Below are positions 31,049-41,056 of a stretch of 59,369 nt of DNA, in pieces. The first letter of the stretch is position 1, and each line of letters starts with the position of its first letter. The notes under the pieces were generated by a model, which ran no database searches, was not told where the DNA came from, and worked only from the letters and a program-made list of their open reading frames with translations. The translations under genes and the position numbers were made by a program. Origin of the DNA: Cytophagaceae bacterium (GTDB lineage Bacteria; Bacteroidota; Bacteroidia; Cytophagales; Spirosomataceae); the NCBI GenBank assembly GCA_947464595.1, contig CANHXO010000001.1, positions 1 through 59,369 on the forward strand, in the 5' to 3' direction.

Positions 31049-32935
31049 TTATTTTACTTCTTCGAATGCTACATCTTCAGCAGAGTCATCTGAAGGAGAT
31101 TCTCCATTTGGCTGTGGCTGTTCACCACCTTCTTGCGTATTTGCGTACATTTCTTGTGAAGCAGCTGTCCATGCTGTATTTAGCTTTTCTAAGCTAGTGT
31201 CTATGGAAGCTAGATCTTGAGAAGCATGAGCTATTTTCAATTCAGATAGGGCTGTCTCAATAGCAGATTTGTTTCCTTCAGACAATTTTTCTCCATACTC
31301 TTTCAATTGTTTTTCAGATTGGAATATTAAGGCATCCGCTTGATTTACTTTCTCCACGCGATCTTTCTCAATCTTATCCGTTGCCTCATTTGCTTTTGCT
31401 TCATTTCTCATTTTCTCAATCTCTTCATCAGTTAACCCACTAGAGGCTTCAATTCTGATTTTTTGCTCTTTACCAGTTCCCTTGTCTTTAGCTGAAACTT
31501 GTAAAATACCGTTTGCGTCAATATCGAAAGTTACTTCAATTTGAGGAATTCCTCTTGCAGCGGGTGGTAAACCATCTAAATGGAAACGACCTAAAGAACG
31601 GTTATCTTTCGCCATTGGCCTTTCACCTTGTAATACATTTAACTCAACAGAAGGTTGATTATCAGCTGCGGTGGAGAAAGTCTCAGATTTTTTTGTTGGT
31701 ATCGTGGTATTTGATTCAATCAATTTGGTGAAAACACCACCCATCGTTTCAATCCCTAATGACAAAGGAGTAACATCTAATAATAAAACATCTTTTACTT
31801 CACCCGTTAAAACACCTCCTTGAATAGCTGCACCGATGGCCACTACCTCATCTGGATTAACCCCTTTTGATGGTTTTTTTCCAAAGAATTTTTCAACCTC
31901 TTCTTGTATTCTTGGAATACGCGTTGAACCTCCTACTAATATAACTTCATCAATATCAGCATTAGAATAAGATGCATTTTTCATCGCACGCTTACAAGGC
32001 TCTAGGGTACGTCGAATTAGACTGTCTGCCAATTGCTCAAATTTAGCTCTTGTTAACGAACGTACTAAGTGTTTGGGAATGCCATCTACAGGCATAATAT
32101 ATGGCAAATTAATTTCTGTACTTGCGCTAGAACTTAGTTCAATTTTTGCCTTTTCAGCGGCTTCTTTTAACCTTTGAAGTGCCATTGGATCTTTACGAAG
32201 GTCGATATTTTCATCTGAAATAAATTCCTCCGCTAGCCAATTGATAATGACTTGGTCAAAATCATCACCACCTAAATGAGTATCTCCATCCGTAGATTTC
32301 ACTTCAAATACCCCATCACCTAATTCTAATATGGAAACATCAAAAGTACCTCCACCTAAATCAAAGACAGCAATTTTCATATCCTGTCCTTTTTTATCTA
32401 CACCATAAGCTAAAGCTGCGGCCGTAGGCTCATTGATAATACGTTTAACTTCAAGTCCTGCAATTTGCCCCGCCTCTTTAGTAGCTTGACGTTCTGCATC
32501 GTTAAAATAAGCTGGAACTGTGATAACAGCTTCTGATACTGTTTGACCTAAGTAATCTTCAGCTGTTTGCTTCATCTTAGTCAAAATTTGAGCTGATATT
32601 TCTTGTGGTGTATAAAGACGATCACCTATTCGTACACGTGGTGTATCGTTATTTCCTTGTTCAACTGAATATGAAATTGTTTTTAGCTCTGAACTAACTT
32701 CAGAGTACTTTTTGCCCATAAATCTCTTGACAGATGAAATCGTATTTTGAGGATTTGTAATAGCTTGTCGTTTTGCTGGATCTCCCACTTTGCGTTCACC
32801 ATTATCCAAAAAAGCAACGATTGAAGGGGTTGTTCTTCTACCTTCTGAATTCGCAATTACTACTGCTTCGCTACCTTCCATAACCGCCACACATGAGTTG
32901 GTGGTACCTAAATCAATTCCAATAATTTTTCCCAT
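31049..32935 (-). CDS. dnaK: Chaperone DnaK (Hsp70)
   Basis: [37 protein letters not shown]. Confidence 0.99.
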   Translation of the reverse strand: MGKIIGIDLGTTNSCVAVMEGSEAVVIANSEGRRTTPSIVAFLDNGERKVGDPAKRQAITNPQNTISSVKRFMGKKYSEVSSELKTISYSVEQGNNDTPRVRIGDRLYTPQEISAQILTKMKQTAEDYLGQTVSEAVITVPAYFNDAERQATKEAGQIAGLEVKRIINEPTAAALAYGVDKKGQDMKIAVFDLGGGTFDVSILELGDGVFEVKSTDGDTHLGGDDFDQVIINWLAEEFISDENIDLRKDPMALQRLKEAAEKAKIELSSSASTEINLPYIMPVDGIPKHLVRSLTRAKFEQLADSLIRRTLEPCKRAMKNASYSNADIDEVILVGGSTRIPRIQEEVEKFFGKKPSKGVNPDEVVAIGAAIQGGVLTGEVKDVLLLDVTPLSLGIETMGGVFTKLIESNTTIPTKKSETFSTAADNQPSVELNVLQGERPMAKDNRSLGRFHLDGLPPAARGIPQIEVTFDIDANGILQVSAKDKGTGKEQKIRIEASSGLTDEEIEKMRNEAKANEATDKIEKDRVEKVNQADALIFQSEKQLKEYGEKLSEGNKSAIETALSELKIAHASQDLASIDTSLEKLNTAWTAASQEMYANTQEGGEQPQPNGESPSDDSAEDVAFEEVK

Positions 32936-32965
32936 GATTAATTTTATTTAATTTCCGCGATACAA

Positions 32966-33017
32966 TACAAGGATAATGCCATAAAATATTTCTCAAAGAA
33001 TTTATGACATATTGTCA
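32966..33017 (-). promoter_or_regulatory. Putative sigma54-like -24/-12 promoter plus TGACA-N3-TGTCA inverted repeat upstream of dnaK
   Basis: Minus strand TGGCATTATCCTTGTA (32966-32981) has TGGCA-N6-TTG spacing; inverted repeat at 33005-33017. Confidence 0.5.
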
Positions 33018-33058
33018 CATAGTTTGTTCATATAGATTAGAAAGTATTTTTCTCTTCT

Positions 33059-33066
33059 TATATTTG
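33059..33066 (+). promoter_or_regulatory. -7 element (TATATTTG) for the desaturase gene
   Basis: TAnnTTTG match 19 nt before the ATG. Confidence 0.55.
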
Positions 33067-33085
33067 TGATATTTAATAATTAATT

Positions 33086-34084
33086 ATGGAAGAATTAAAC
33101 GATTTTATTTGGGTTAATGAATCAGAACCGCATCGCAATCGGACACGTGAAATAATTAAAAAACACCCAGAGGTCAAGAAATTAATTGGGAAGAATCCTA
33201 ATACGATGTATTGGATTGTGGCATGTGTATTAATACAAATTACGATGGCTTATTTCATCAAAGATTATTCTTGGTGGATTATTGTGGCTGCTGCATGGTT
33301 TATTGGAGCTTTTCCAGTGCATACGTTATTTGTTTGTATTCATGAATCAGCACATAATTTGATTTTCAAGGGAAAAACTTGGAATGTGCTTGCTGGAATT
33401 GTCGCTAATCTTCCTTCATTGGCTCCCACCGCTATATCCTTCAAAAATTTTCATCTGAAACATCATGCTTTTCAAGGTGTCCATGAATTGGATGCAGATT
33501 TGCCTGATTATTGGGAAGCTAAATTGATTAATAACTTCTTTATTGGAAAAATGATCTGGTTATTTTTATTTCCATTTTTTCAGGCTATTCGAACAATTAG
33601 GTGCATAGAATTGGCAACTTTTGATCGATATGTTATTATGAACATTGCGGTTCAATTAATATTCGATGCCTTAGTTGTTTATTTTTGGGGTTGGTCTGCT
33701 TTAGCTTATCTTGGATTTAGTTTTTTATTTTCTGTAGGTTTGCACCCACTGGGTGCTAGATGGATACAAGAGCATTTTCTAGTCTTAGATAAAAAACAAG
33801 AAACTTTTAGTTATTATGGAGGTCTTAATTCAATTAATATGAATGTTGGATACCATAACGAGCACCATGATATGCCTTCTATCCCATGGAATAATTTACC
33901 TAAACTAAAGGAAATTGCGCCAGAATTTTACAATAATCTATATTTTCATACCTCTTTTGTTAAATTATTTTTCACTTTTTTATTCAGTCAGGAAATTGGT
34001 CTTTATTCAAGAATTGCCAGAAAAGATCGTGGAGGAGTTTCTTTAATTGATCAATCCACTCCTGATTTAGACTTACTTAATTAA
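33086..34084 (+). CDS. Membrane fatty-acid desaturase, sphingolipid delta4-desaturase/C4-hydroxylase (DEGS/DES1)-like
   Basis: His boxes HESAH, HLKHH, HNEHH; N-terminal DFIWV...EPHRNRTREIIKKHPEVKKL resembles the Lipid_DES segment. Confidence 0.8.
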   Translation: MEELNDFIWVNESEPHRNRTREIIKKHPEVKKLIGKNPNTMYWIVACVLIQITMAYFIKDYSWWIIVAAAWFIGAFPVHTLFVCIHESAHNLIFKGKTWNVLAGIVANLPSLAPTAISFKNFHLKHHAFQGVHELDADLPDYWEAKLINNFFIGKMIWLFLFPFFQAIRTIRCIELATFDRYVIMNIAVQLIFDALVVYFWGWSALAYLGFSFLFSVGLHPLGARWIQEHFLVLDKKQETFSYYGGLNSINMNVGYHNEHHDMPSIPWNNLPKLKEIAPEFYNNLYFHTSFVKLFFTFLFSQEIGLYSRIARKDRGGVSLIDQSTPDLDLLN

Positions 34085-34190
34085 TCATTTAGGTGCTATA
34101 AATGCTGCTGCTTGACGTATTAATTCATCATTTTTGATTGTTACCCGTTTTAATGAATCTTATTATTATATAAGGACTTAAATTATTTTA

Positions 34191-35900
34191 ATGTCAATCA
34201 AGTCAAATAAGTTTATTATATATCAGATGATGTTTCATCTTTGGGGTAATACAAAAACGAATCCTCAAAAAGATGGCAATGCATCCACCAATGGTTCTAC
34301 AAAATTTAGTGATGTTTCAAATAATGCTTTAAAAGTATTATTTAATAAGGGATACACGCATTTATACCCGACGGGAATTATTGAGCATGCCACAAAAGAA
34401 GACTTATCTAAGTTTGGATGCACCATGGATCATCCGTCTATTGTTAAAGGTAGATGCGGGTCGCCTTTTGCCATTAAAGATTATTATGATGTTAATCCAT
34501 TTTTAGCTGATAATCCTCAAAACCGTTTAGAAGAATTTCAGTTAATGGTTGACCGAATTCATGATAATCACTTAAAAATAATTCTAGATTTTGTTCCTAA
34601 TCATTTAGCTAGACAATATCATTCTGATAAAAAACCGGAAGGAATTGTTGATTTTGGTTTCAATGATCGTAAGGATGTCACTTTTTCTCCTCAAAATAAT
34701 TTTTATTATTTACCAGGTACTCAATTTGTTGTCCCTAATAATTCAGTAAATGAAGAAATTAACCAGCCTTATGTTGAAATACCTGCCAGAGCTAGTGGTA
34801 ACAATGTTTTTTCTCCTGAGCCTACCCTTCACGATTGGTTCGAAACGGTCAAATTAAATTATGGAATAGATGTTCACAATCATGGGCATATTCACTTTGA
34901 TCCTATCCCTGATACATGGGTTAAGATGCTTGAAGTACTATCTTATTGGACTAATTTAGGTATGGATGGCTTTCGTTGTGATATGGCGGAAATGGTTCCT
35001 GTGGAATTTTGGGCCTTTGTTATTCCCCAAATAAAAGCGATAAATCCCAACGTGATTTTTATAGCAGAAATTTATCAACCTCACGTATATGCTAATTATT
35101 TAGAAAAGGGCCATTTTGACTACCTATATGATAAAGTAGGGATGTATGATTCATTAAGAAGTTTAATGGAATCAAATAATGATGCGCATACGAGTGCAAT
35201 TACTCATGTATGGCAGCATGAATCGGGAGGATTTTCTAATAAAATGTTACGATTTTTAGAGAATCATGATGAAACTAGAATCAATTCTGAGGGTTTTGCA
35301 GCCCACAATATTTGGAGTACGATTCCTGCCATGATTATCACTTCCACTTTACATGGGGGTCCATTTATGATCTATTTTGGTCAAGAATTTGGAGAAATGT
35401 CGAATGAAATAGAAGGATTTAATGATGCGAAAGACCGTACTACGATGTACGATTTTTGGCGTGTCGATACGCATCAAAGGTGGTTAAATCAGGGTCAATT
35501 TAATTATGAATTATTAAGCAATCAAGAAATAGCGTTAGATCAATTTTACCAACAATTATTTATGTTCGTTAAAGATTCAAATGCTGTCCAATTTGGGCAT
35601 TTTTTTGATTTGCAATATGCACAAGATGATAGTTATCCATGTCAATTTGTTTATGCTTATTTAAGACATTTACCTGATGAACAATTACTGTTTATCAATA
35701 ATTTTCACCCAACAGAAATTTTACGTTTTTCATTAAGAATTCCTGAATTAGCTTTAGAATTGATGGGAAGTAAAGATTTTGTATGGGAACTCCATCAGGC
35801 ATTTATTCCACCCCAAACGTTTTTGGAACCACCAAAAATTTTCGTGCAAAAGGAGATCTTTATTTCTCCCAATAGCACCTATATATTTAAAGCTATTTGA
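34191..35900 (+). CDS. GH13 alpha-amylase family protein (cytoplasmic)
   Basis: DFVPNH, DGFRCDMAE, FIAEIY, FLENHDE; no signal peptide. Confidence 0.9.
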   Translation: MSIKSNKFIIYQMMFHLWGNTKTNPQKDGNASTNGSTKFSDVSNNALKVLFNKGYTHLYPTGIIEHATKEDLSKFGCTMDHPSIVKGRCGSPFAIKDYYDVNPFLADNPQNRLEEFQLMVDRIHDNHLKIILDFVPNHLARQYHSDKKPEGIVDFGFNDRKDVTFSPQNNFYYLPGTQFVVPNNSVNEEINQPYVEIPARASGNNVFSPEPTLHDWFETVKLNYGIDVHNHGHIHFDPIPDTWVKMLEVLSYWTNLGMDGFRCDMAEMVPVEFWAFVIPQIKAINPNVIFIAEIYQPHVYANYLEKGHFDYLYDKVGMYDSLRSLMESNNDAHTSAITHVWQHESGGFSNKMLRFLENHDETRINSEGFAAHNIWSTIPAMIITSTLHGGPFMIYFGQEFGEMSNEIEGFNDAKDRTTMYDFWRVDTHQRWLNQGQFNYELLSNQEIALDQFYQQLFMFVKDSNAVQFGHFFDLQYAQDDSYPCQFVYAYLRHLPDEQLLFINNFHPTEILRFSLRIPELALELMGSKDFVWELHQAFIPPQTFLEPPKIFVQKEIFISPNSTYIFKAI

Positions 35901-36004
35901 TTGTTTGTACATTTTTGAATCTAAAAGGATTCGTTTAACTTGTACCAAATTCTTATTTTTACTCATATTTCTGTCAATAAAGAAGATTCTATATAAGTTT
36001 ATTT

Positions 36005-36796
36005 ATGAAAAACGTGATAGGTAATTTGATGTTTTTCTTGTTTACTCTTACCTCGAATTTTATTTTAGCTCAATCTATTGAAGATATTCCTCCCAAACTA
36101 AAACATACAATTGAAAAAAGCATTCAGTATAAAAATCCGATTTTGATTGGGGAATACTTTATTAGACGCCCTTATAAAGCTAATCGATTATCACCATCTA
36201 ATCCGGAGAAAATTTATTTCTCTTTTTCTGATTTTGATTGTGTCACCTATGTAGAAAACATTTTGGCCTTATATTTTTCTGGAGGATCTACCGATAAGTT
36301 TATTGATAACTTGATTAAAATCCGTTATAATGATTCTATATCCTATGAGAATAGAAATCATTATTTAACGTCTGGCCTCGATAAATTAGTGCAGATGAAT
36401 TTTCTTATTCCAATAAACAATTCAACCAATTCAAAATCCATTCAGAAAAACATTCGTTTTATATCTCAAAATACAACTAGTAATCAGATAGATTTATTGA
36501 AATTGAAAAATATTGAATCTACCATAAGTCGTAAAAATTTTTATTATTTTGATTCTATTCAGAAAAGTAATTTCAGTAATGGATTGAAAAATGGAGATGT
36601 TATTGCTTTTTTAGCTACCCGTAATGATTTAGATTTTAAGCATGTAGGATTTGTCTATATTAAGAATAATAAAAAGTACATTCTTCATGCTTCTCAAGAA
36701 AAAAAAATTGTTTGCATTTCTGATTTAACTATAGATGAATATTTATTGAAAAATCGAAAAATTAAAGGATTCCAAATTTACAGACCTACCATTTAA
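36005..36796 (+). CDS. DUF1460 N-acetylmuramoyl-L-alanine amidase-like (NlpC/P60 superfamily)
   Basis: Signal peptide; FDCVTYVE, RNHY, KHVGF, LHAS. Confidence 0.85.
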   Translation: MKNVIGNLMFFLFTLTSNFILAQSIEDIPPKLKHTIEKSIQYKNPILIGEYFIRRPYKANRLSPSNPEKIYFSFSDFDCVTYVENILALYFSGGSTDKFIDNLIKIRYNDSISYENRNHYLTSGLDKLVQMNFLIPINNSTNSKSIQKNIRFISQNTTSNQIDLLKLKNIESTISRKNFYYFDSIQKSNFSNGLKNGDVIAFLATRNDLDFKHVGFVYIKNNKKYILHASQEKKIVCISDLTIDEYLLKNRKIKGFQIYRPTI

Positions 36797-37948
36797 ATGA
36801 CTCAATATAATTTTGATCAAGAAATTGATCGGACCAATACCAATAGTTTGAAATGGGATAATCCTTTATATCGAGGAAAAGATATTTTACCTATGCCAGT
36901 CGCTGATATGGATTTTCAGGTAGCAGACGACTTAATCGATACGATAAATACCATAAACGAACATGGAGTATTAGGTTATTCCTTGGTACCTAATTCGCTA
37001 AAAATAGCTTATCAAGCCAAAATTAAAGACTCATATGATTGGGATACGTCCATTGATTGGCAAGTGTGGATTCCAGGTATCGTACCTGGTTTAACGCTAG
37101 CCTGTGCTACATTTGTTTCAAGCCAACAAAGTATATTAACGGCTATTCCTGTTTATCACCCATTTCATTTAATTCCCGAATGGGTCAATAGACCCTTATT
37201 GACCTTTAATATGGTCGAAATAGATGGAAGATGGGTATATGATTTTAAGGAATTCGAAGAGCAATTGAAAAAAAAACCTGGAGTCTTTTTATTTTGCAAT
37301 CCACATAATCCAGGCGGAACAGTTTTTACTAAAAAGGAAATTAATAAAATTATATCTTTATGTAATCGGTATGATTGCATGATATTATCGGATGAAATTC
37401 ATGCTGACTTACAAATACAAAAAAACCTAAAACATATTTGCATAGGCAATCTTTTGCCCAACGATTTTCCTTCCATTTCCTTTTTTGCTACATCAAAAAC
37501 GTATAACACAGCTGGAATGGGTGGTGCAGTTGCTATTATTCCGAATGTACAAATTAGAGAAAAATTCATCAAGCATACACAGGGTATTTTTCCTATGCTA
37601 TCAAGGCATAGCATAGAAATAATGGAAACAAGTTTGACCATGAAAAATGCCTGGTTAGATCATTTACTTGAATATTTAAGGATTAACCATGAGTTGCTTT
37701 TAGCGTTTATTAATCAAATTGAACATCTTAAAATGTTGCCATTAGAAGCTACTTACTTAGCATGGATTCAATATGACGCTGAAATAGTAGGTGATTTTCA
37801 ACAAAAATTGTATAAAAATGGCCTTCATGTTCTACGTGGTGATCAATTTTTAGGTAATAATTTTATTAGAATAAACATTGCTTGCACTAGAAAATCATTA
37901 GAAACGGCCATGGGCATTATAAAGAAAACAATTGATGCGGCACATTAA
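36797..37948 (+). CDS. MalY/PatB-family PLP-dependent C-S lyase
   Basis: PMPVADMDF, CNPHNPGG, SDEIHADL, SKTYN, EATYLAW. Confidence 0.9.
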   Translation: MTQYNFDQEIDRTNTNSLKWDNPLYRGKDILPMPVADMDFQVADDLIDTINTINEHGVLGYSLVPNSLKIAYQAKIKDSYDWDTSIDWQVWIPGIVPGLTLACATFVSSQQSILTAIPVYHPFHLIPEWVNRPLLTFNMVEIDGRWVYDFKEFEEQLKKKPGVFLFCNPHNPGGTVFTKKEINKIISLCNRYDCMILSDEIHADLQIQKNLKHICIGNLLPNDFPSISFFATSKTYNTAGMGGAVAIIPNVQIREKFIKHTQGIFPMLSRHSIEIMETSLTMKNAWLDHLLEYLRINHELLLAFINQIEHLKMLPLEATYLAWIQYDAEIVGDFQQKLYKNGLHVLRGDQFLGNNFIRINIACTRKSLETAMGIIKKTIDAAH

Positions 37949-38588
37949 ATCTTTTATATTTATTGGGATAATTTTTCTTCTAGGGTATATTCTTTATTTT
38001 ATCATTAATCTAGATTTGATTGATCGGAGTACCTTGTCATATGATTTCAATGATGAGAAAATAGTCCATTCAGCTATAGATTCTATTTCTAATTTAAAAT
38101 CTTTACCCGATACTTTGAAGCAGATAATTCCTACTTACAGTACGCAAGTGGAGGATTTTGAGGCTAAGGTGGAAAAATCAACAGCTGATATAAATTTTCA
38201 AATATTTAAAAGTCATCAGTTGGTATTTGAAAAAAAATATAAAAATTTCAAAATAAAAGATATAATAAGCTCTGATTTAAACAACAATCAGCTTCCTGAA
38301 TTTTGGATGTATGGAGAAGATGAAATGCATCGATTTAAAATTTATGGCTATGAATACAGTAAAAATTCTTTTATTTTAATAAAATTTCCTAATTTAATGG
38401 GTAGGCAAGAATTTGGTTATGCTGGCAAGGATTCTCTGTATTTTATTAAGTCTAATATCGTACGCTCCTTTCAATTTAAAAATGACCAATATTCTGATTT
38501 AATAAATGGAGTTCGATTGTGCTATTATTCATTAGGTCCGGATAATAGCTTTGTGTTAAATAAAACCTTAGATTTTGAAAATGAATAA
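37935..38588 (+). CDS. Hypothetical membrane-anchored protein
   Basis: Single N-terminal TM segment; DLNNNQLPE FG-GAP-like motif; overlaps both neighbours. Confidence 0.65.
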   Translation: MRHIKSFIFIGIIFLLGYILYFIINLDLIDRSTLSYDFNDEKIVHSAIDSISNLKSLPDTLKQIIPTYSTQVEDFEAKVEKSTADINFQIFKSHQLVFEKKYKNFKIKDIISSDLNNNQLPEFWMYGEDEMHRFKIYGYEYSKNSFILIKFPNLMGRQEFGYAGKDSLYFIKSNIVRSFQFKNDQYSDLINGVRLCYYSLGPDNSFVLNKTLDFENE

Positions 38589-40296
38589 AGAAAATTTACG
38601 CTCGCAACAATGGTTTGGTAAAACTGGAAAAGATGGCTTTATTTATAGAGCTTGGATGAAAAATCAAGGTATTCCAGATGATTATTTTCAAGGAAAACCC
38701 GTGATTGGTATATGCAATACTTGGTCTGAATTAACACCTTGTAATGCACATTTTAGAGAACTTGCAGAATTTGTCAAGAAAGGAGTCATTGAGGCCGGCG
38801 GATTTCCAGTTGAATTTCCCGTGATGTCATTGGGTGAAACGCTAATTAAACCGACCGCCATGCTATTTAGGAATTTGGCTAGTATGGATGTGGAAGAATC
38901 CATCAGGGCAAATCCAATTGATGGAGTTGTTCTGATGTGTGGTTGCGATAAAACGACCCCTTCATTAGTTATGGGTGCTTGTAGTGTGGATCTTCCTACA
39001 TTAGTTATTTCTGGGGGACCTATGATGAAAGGCAAATTTAAAGGAAAAGATATAGGCACCTCTGATGTCTGGCGTTTTGCTGAAGCCTATAAATTAGGGG
39101 AATTGACTCAAAAGGAATTTGTAGAAGCAGAGGCCTGTATGGCAAGAACCCCTGGTCATTGTGCCGTTATGGGGACAGCTTCCACAATGGCAACTATGGT
39201 TGAAGCCTTAGGTTTAAGTTTACCTCAAAATGCCGCCATTCCAGCCGCAGATGTTCGTAGAAAGGTTTTAGCTCAAAATTCAGGCAGGAGAATCGTGGAA
39301 ATGGTTAATGAAGATCAAAAAATATCTAAAGTTCTAACTAGACAAGCTTTCGAGAATGCGATTAGAGTTAATGCGGCTACTGGCGGTTCAACCAATTTCG
39401 TTATTCATCTACTAGCAATTGCAGGTAGAATCGGGGTCGAATTAGATTTGAACGACTTTGATAAATTTTCAAGACAAATACCATTATTGGCTAATATTCA
39501 GCCTTCAGGTGAACATTTTATGGAAGATTTATATTATGCAGGAGGTTTACCTGCATTAATGAATCAAATGAAAAAATATTTGCATACAGATGCTATTACA
39601 GTCAATGGTAAAACGGTCGGTGAGAATATTGAAAATACCCCCATTTATGACAGTAATATCATATCAACGTATGATGAACCTTTTAAACTAGATTCAGGTA
39701 TAGCCGTTGTAAAAGGAAATTTAGCTCCTAATGGAGCTGTTGTAAAACCATCAGCTGCTTCTATATCTTTATTTAAACATCGAGGAAAAGCTGTTGTTTT
39801 TGAGAATATTGAAGATTATCACGCTCGAATCGATTTGCCTGATTTAGATATTGACGAAAATTCAGTCATGGTTCTGAAAAATGTAGGTCCCAAAGGCTAT
39901 CCTGGTATGGCTGAAGTGGGTAATATGGGTATTCCGAAAAAATTGTTGGAAAAGGGAGTAAAAGACATGGTCAGAATTTCAGATGGTCGAATGAGTGGCA
40001 CAGGGTATGGAACTGTTATTTTACACGTAAGTCCTGAATCCGCTGCTGGTGGACCATTGAATTGGGTTGAAAATGGAGATTTTATTGAATTAGACTTAAA
40101 CAATAGAAGTATTCATTGGGAAGTTAGTGAAGAAGAATTGGCCAAAAGAAAAGTAGACAATCCATTTGTACCAGTAAAATCAATAAGAGGTTATGTGGGA
40201 TTGTTTATTGATCGCGTGGAGCAGGCACATGTGGGTGCCGATTTTGATTTTTTAAAGGGTGGTTCAGGTTCAAAAGTAACGAGAGACTCACACTAA
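38581..40296 (+). CDS. IlvD/Edd-family sugar-acid dehydratase (L-arabinonate/D-xylonate dehydratase-like)
   Basis: NTWSELTPCNAH, RNLASMDVEE, GCDKTTP, GHCAVMGTAS, ISDGRMSGT. Confidence 0.9.
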   Translation: MNKENLRSQQWFGKTGKDGFIYRAWMKNQGIPDDYFQGKPVIGICNTWSELTPCNAHFRELAEFVKKGVIEAGGFPVEFPVMSLGETLIKPTAMLFRNLASMDVEESIRANPIDGVVLMCGCDKTTPSLVMGACSVDLPTLVISGGPMMKGKFKGKDIGTSDVWRFAEAYKLGELTQKEFVEAEACMARTPGHCAVMGTASTMATMVEALGLSLPQNAAIPAADVRRKVLAQNSGRRIVEMVNEDQKISKVLTRQAFENAIRVNAATGGSTNFVIHLLAIAGRIGVELDLNDFDKFSRQIPLLANIQPSGEHFMEDLYYAGGLPALMNQMKKYLHTDAITVNGKTVGENIENTPIYDSNIISTYDEPFKLDSGIAVVKGNLAPNGAVVKPSAASISLFKHRGKAVVFENIEDYHARIDLPDLDIDENSVMVLKNVGPKGYPGMAEVGNMGIPKKLLEKGVKDMVRISDGRMSGTGYGTVILHVSPESAAGGPLNWVENGDFIELDLNNRSIHWEVSEEELAKRKVDNPFVPVKSIRGYVGLFIDRVEQAHVGADFDFLKGGSGSKVTRDSH

Positions 40297-40297
40297 A

Positions 40298-41053
40298 ATG
40301 AAGAAAGTAATTGTCACAGGTGCTGGTCAGGGAATAGGTTTAGAAGTAGTTATCCAATTATGCAAAGAAGGTTATTTTGTCATATGGAACGAAATTGATT
40401 CTTCTGTTTTTAAATCAGCTTCCCTGCAATTAGAAAAACATTCGTTAACAAACCATTTGGGAATCTTAGGTGATTCAAGTAGCGAATTATTTTTGAGTGA
40501 TTTAGCTAAAACCATTAATAATACACCAGGAACTTTATATGGTTGTATTTGCAATAGTGGAATTACCACTTTTGGTAATTTCCTTGATTATCCGAGGGAA
40601 TCCATGGATTTATTATTAAAAGTAAATGTATCAGGTACTTTTTTCTTGATACAATTCATTGCCAAATTATTAAAAGAAAGTAAATCAAAAGGATCCATTG
40701 TAGTTACAACTTCAGTTACTGGTCATCAAGCCCATCCTGATTTAGTGGCTTATGGCATGACAAAAGGAGCTTTAATCCAGTTGGTAAGGAATTTAGTTGT
40801 GGAATTATCTCCATTAGGTATTCGTATAAATGCTATTTCACCGGGCGCTACCCTTACAGAAAGAACTGCTTTAATTGAAGACTTCGAAGATCAATGGACT
40901 AAAATAACTCCAATGGGTTCAATAGCTGATGTATCCGATATTTCAAATGCTATATTATTTATGCTTTCAGATAATTCAAGGCAAATTACAGGTCAAACCT
41001 TAATCGTGGATGGCGGTTGGACCTCATACAGTCCTCCCCCGGGATCTGTATAA
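40298..41053 (+). CDS. SDR family oxidoreductase
   Basis: TGAGQGIG, YGMTK, ITGQTLIVDGG. Confidence 0.9.
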   Translation: MKKVIVTGAGQGIGLEVVIQLCKEGYFVIWNEIDSSVFKSASLQLEKHSLTNHLGILGDSSSELFLSDLAKTINNTPGTLYGCICNSGITTFGNFLDYPRESMDLLLKVNVSGTFFLIQFIAKLLKESKSKGSIVVTTSVTGHQAHPDLVAYGMTKGALIQLVRNLVVELSPLGIRINAISPGATLTERTALIEDFEDQWTKITPMGSIADVSDISNAILFMLSDNSRQITGQTLIVDGGWTSYSPPPGSV

Positions 41054-41056
41054 TAG

